DNA of 61,694 nt, counting the filler, from Rhabdomonas costata (lineage: Eukaryota), in assembly GCA_019059605.1 (NCBI GenBank). It is 26 parts of 26 records of this genome, joined end to end, with 100 filler letters (N's around TTAATTAATTAA, not from the genome) between each part and the next. Parts side by side here need not be neighbours in the genome. Positions count along the whole stretch, not along the records: positions 59,421 to 61,694 come from JAHMHO010004356.1; 25 more parts are not named here. One strand, written 5' to 3'. Both the position numbers and the translations under genes were made by a program. The notes under the pieces were generated by a model. That model was not told where the DNA came from. It did no database searches and was given only the letters and a program-made list of their open reading frames with translations. Positions 59,761-61,694 of the stretch are shown here, piece after piece. Every line of letters starts with the position of its first letter. Positions within the stretch are counted from its first letter, which is position 1.

Positions 59761-59919
59761 ATGGGTGTTCTGAGGCTTTCGGAGCTTCTGGCACAGTGGT
59801 GCCCCAGTGTCGACCCGGGCCCAGCCCTTGCTGCCCTTGCCGAGGCAGTGGTGAAGGAGGTTCCCCTCCTCAGCGTGCGTGCGGTGGACCGATCGCGCTA
59901 CTACTTCCCGCTGCCTCGG
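59761..59919 (+). CDS. Probable exon of an unknown protein
   Basis: Flanked by a ctttcag acceptor and a gtgtgg donor. It reads MGVLRLSELLAQWCPSVDPGPALAALAEAVVKEVPLLSVRAVDRSRYYFPLPR. Confidence 0.35.
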
Positions 59920-60709
59920 GTGTGGCTGCCTTTCGCGATTGCCCTGCATTGCGTTGTGTAGAGCGTTCTCGGCTACCATTTCCCCGGTGGTCCACTTTCA
60001 TCGCCTGCGATGTGCAATTTCTCGTTACCCTCACTCCACCTTTGATCCCCTTTTCCTTCATCACCATGGCACCAATCAGTTCCTAAAGGGTTTTCAAATT
60101 GTGAGGTGATGCCAATCCCCTCCCAAAAAATACTATTAACCATTGATCAAGAACTCCCGTCGAGTTGCAGATGTGCGCAATCCCACCAAAGGTTGGCCAA
60201 GTTTTTCCCCTTTTATTCTTTGTGTTCCTTGTCGTCTCACTTTTGTTGTTGTCTCTCCTTCGCTTTCGCACCTTTTCGACGCGCATTGCTTGTCGCGTGA
60301 AACAGTGGCTCTCTTTTTGTGAATAAGGCTCATCGTTCTATCGTTTACAAGGCTCATTGTTTCGCGAACCTTATTGCCTGCGACAATTCCTGGCAGTCTC
60401 CTTTTGGAATGAAAAGTTATTTCCTCATTCCATATGCAATTCCCTTTTGCCTTTTTTCTTTTGATTTCAAGGCGATGCCGCTTGCTGTGGGCGTGTTGTT
60501 CGGTGTCCGAGCGGGGTGTTGTCCCGCGTCGTCTGTTGCTGGGGAACGAGCAGCGGAGCCCTGGCGTCCCACTCTGATCACGGCAGCCCTTCTGTTGGGG
60601 GACTGGTGTGCCCCGGGTTCGCCTGATTTGAACTTACACCATCCACACCTGCCGACATTAGTTTAGGCAGAATTTTTCATTCGTAAAAAAAAAGAGAAAG
60701 AAATGTTCG

Positions 60710-60766
60710 TCGTTATGATGTGTAAAAATTGACCTATTCGTTATGATGCTGTAAAAATTGACCTAT
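60710..60766. repeat. 28-29 bp tandem duplication
   Basis: tcgttatgatg(c)tgtaaaaattgacctat, two copies. Confidence 0.85.
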
Positions 60767-61694
60767 GACTTCCAGTTGGATGACCCCCGCCTCATATTGG
60801 CCTCACCAAACCCCATGCTGGTCAAATTGTTGTTTTTCCGCTGCCCGGGGGAAAACCCTGTGGAAACCAATCCGTGGGCGGCACACCATTGGGAAACAAT
60901 CCAATGCTCGTTTTCTGTCTCTTAGCTTTCGCTTTCTTGCTAGCGGTGGAACTTATCGGAGTAAAAGAAATTGTTTTTAGACATGAAATCAAAGGACGTA
61001 AACGAAAGAGAGAGAGAGAAGCAAGTATTTACGAAAATTCCGAAGCACCCACAAATGTTTGGCCCTTCCACGAAGTGATTATGATGAATATTTTGCGAAA
61101 CTTCGTGTGTGTTTTTCCGTGCTTAGGTTATGGATGCATAACCATGCCAGGAACCTTGCTCTTCTCGGCTGCTTGATATCCACGCTGACACCCGGATCCT
61201 CGCAAATAGGTCGGGAGCGGACGCTCTTGTGAGGATGGCCCGCTCTGAAGATCTCTGGGCTCCTGTTGGGGCTCAGCACATTCAAGCCGCCCATGTGCCG
61301 CTGCCTAAGCGGTGGGGAAAGCGCATCTGTGGCCTGGATCGGGTAACGGAAGGTGCGGGACTGAGTCATTGCTTTTATTCAGAGGTTTTTTGAGCGGGGG
61401 TTGGCGGGGTTTCTGGCATTTCCAACAGTGTTTTGGCCACCCCAAAGAAGTCGACAGCTCCAGAAGTAACAAACTTAACCACTCAAACGCACCAGGAACC
61501 ACAAATAGAATCAAATAAAAGTTATGTGCGAAACGAGATGGCACTATGCCTGCAAAGTTCTTTCCCACTGTTAAAGACCTTTTGTTCGCTCGCCCTTAAT
61601 TCAGGCGACGGTAGCAGAAAATGGCAGCATTTCGGTGGGACTGCGCGTTGTAGAGATCTGTTTCAAATTATTTTCCTCTGTTGCCCCCCACAAC

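Noticed and set aside
1..61694. Gene cluster or operon linking the genes (e.g. GT15 with the GDP-sugar transporter)
   Set aside because: The genes lie on different contigs that appear grouped by length. Adjacency across spacers has no meaning.
1..61694. Gene-sized nanochromosomes with telomere-like ends
   Set aside because: Contigs cut through genes mid-exon or mid-intron. The end tails are irregular and have the wrong polarity for telomeres.
1..61694. rRNA, tRNA, snRNA or spliced-leader RNA genes
   Set aside because: None recognised by eye. A covariance-model search would be needed to exclude small RNAs.

Overview
This is not a continuous locus. It is 26 unrelated contigs of about 2.27-2.29 kb, joined by 25 artificial 100-nt spacers (44 N + TTAATTAATTAA + 44 N, stops in all six frames), so nothing can be inferred across spacers. 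The DNA is eukaryotic nuclear sequence: short GC3-rich exons, spliceosomal introns of about 0.07-1 kb, microsatellites and a TTAGGG tract. It uses the standard genetic code. It is most likely a protist. The degenerate GTG-type and GC 5' splice sites are compatible with a euglenid, but that is inference only. Manual splicing gives recognisable fragments of PIF1 helicase, cytochrome P450, an ABCD-type ABC domain, a cyclin, an Ig/cadherin-like repeat protein, AARSD1/AlaX, dihydroxyacetone kinase, a MAP2K-like kinase, a STAND/AAA NTPase, an MBOAT wax-synthase-like acyltransferase, PRP8, an ADP-ribosylglycohydrolase, a kelch protein, a METTL13/EEF1AKMT4-like methyltransferase, a GT15 mannosyltransferase, a GDP-sugar transporter and a CMD/AhpD-like protein. 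The most notable observations are: (1) the wax-synthase-like ORF ends 340 bp upstream of an internal PRP8 exon on the same strand (nested gene, split PRP8, or chimera); (2) two homology-fixed GC-AG introns and a very degenerate donor consensus; (3) a CaaX-terminated ADP-ribosylhydrolase; (4) an intronic interstitial telomere tract; (5) a candidate CxxU in-frame TGA. Contig-end hairpins and A/C tails look like library artefacts. I found no rRNA, tRNA, CRISPR array or intact mobile element, and I cannot claim a confirmed new system.
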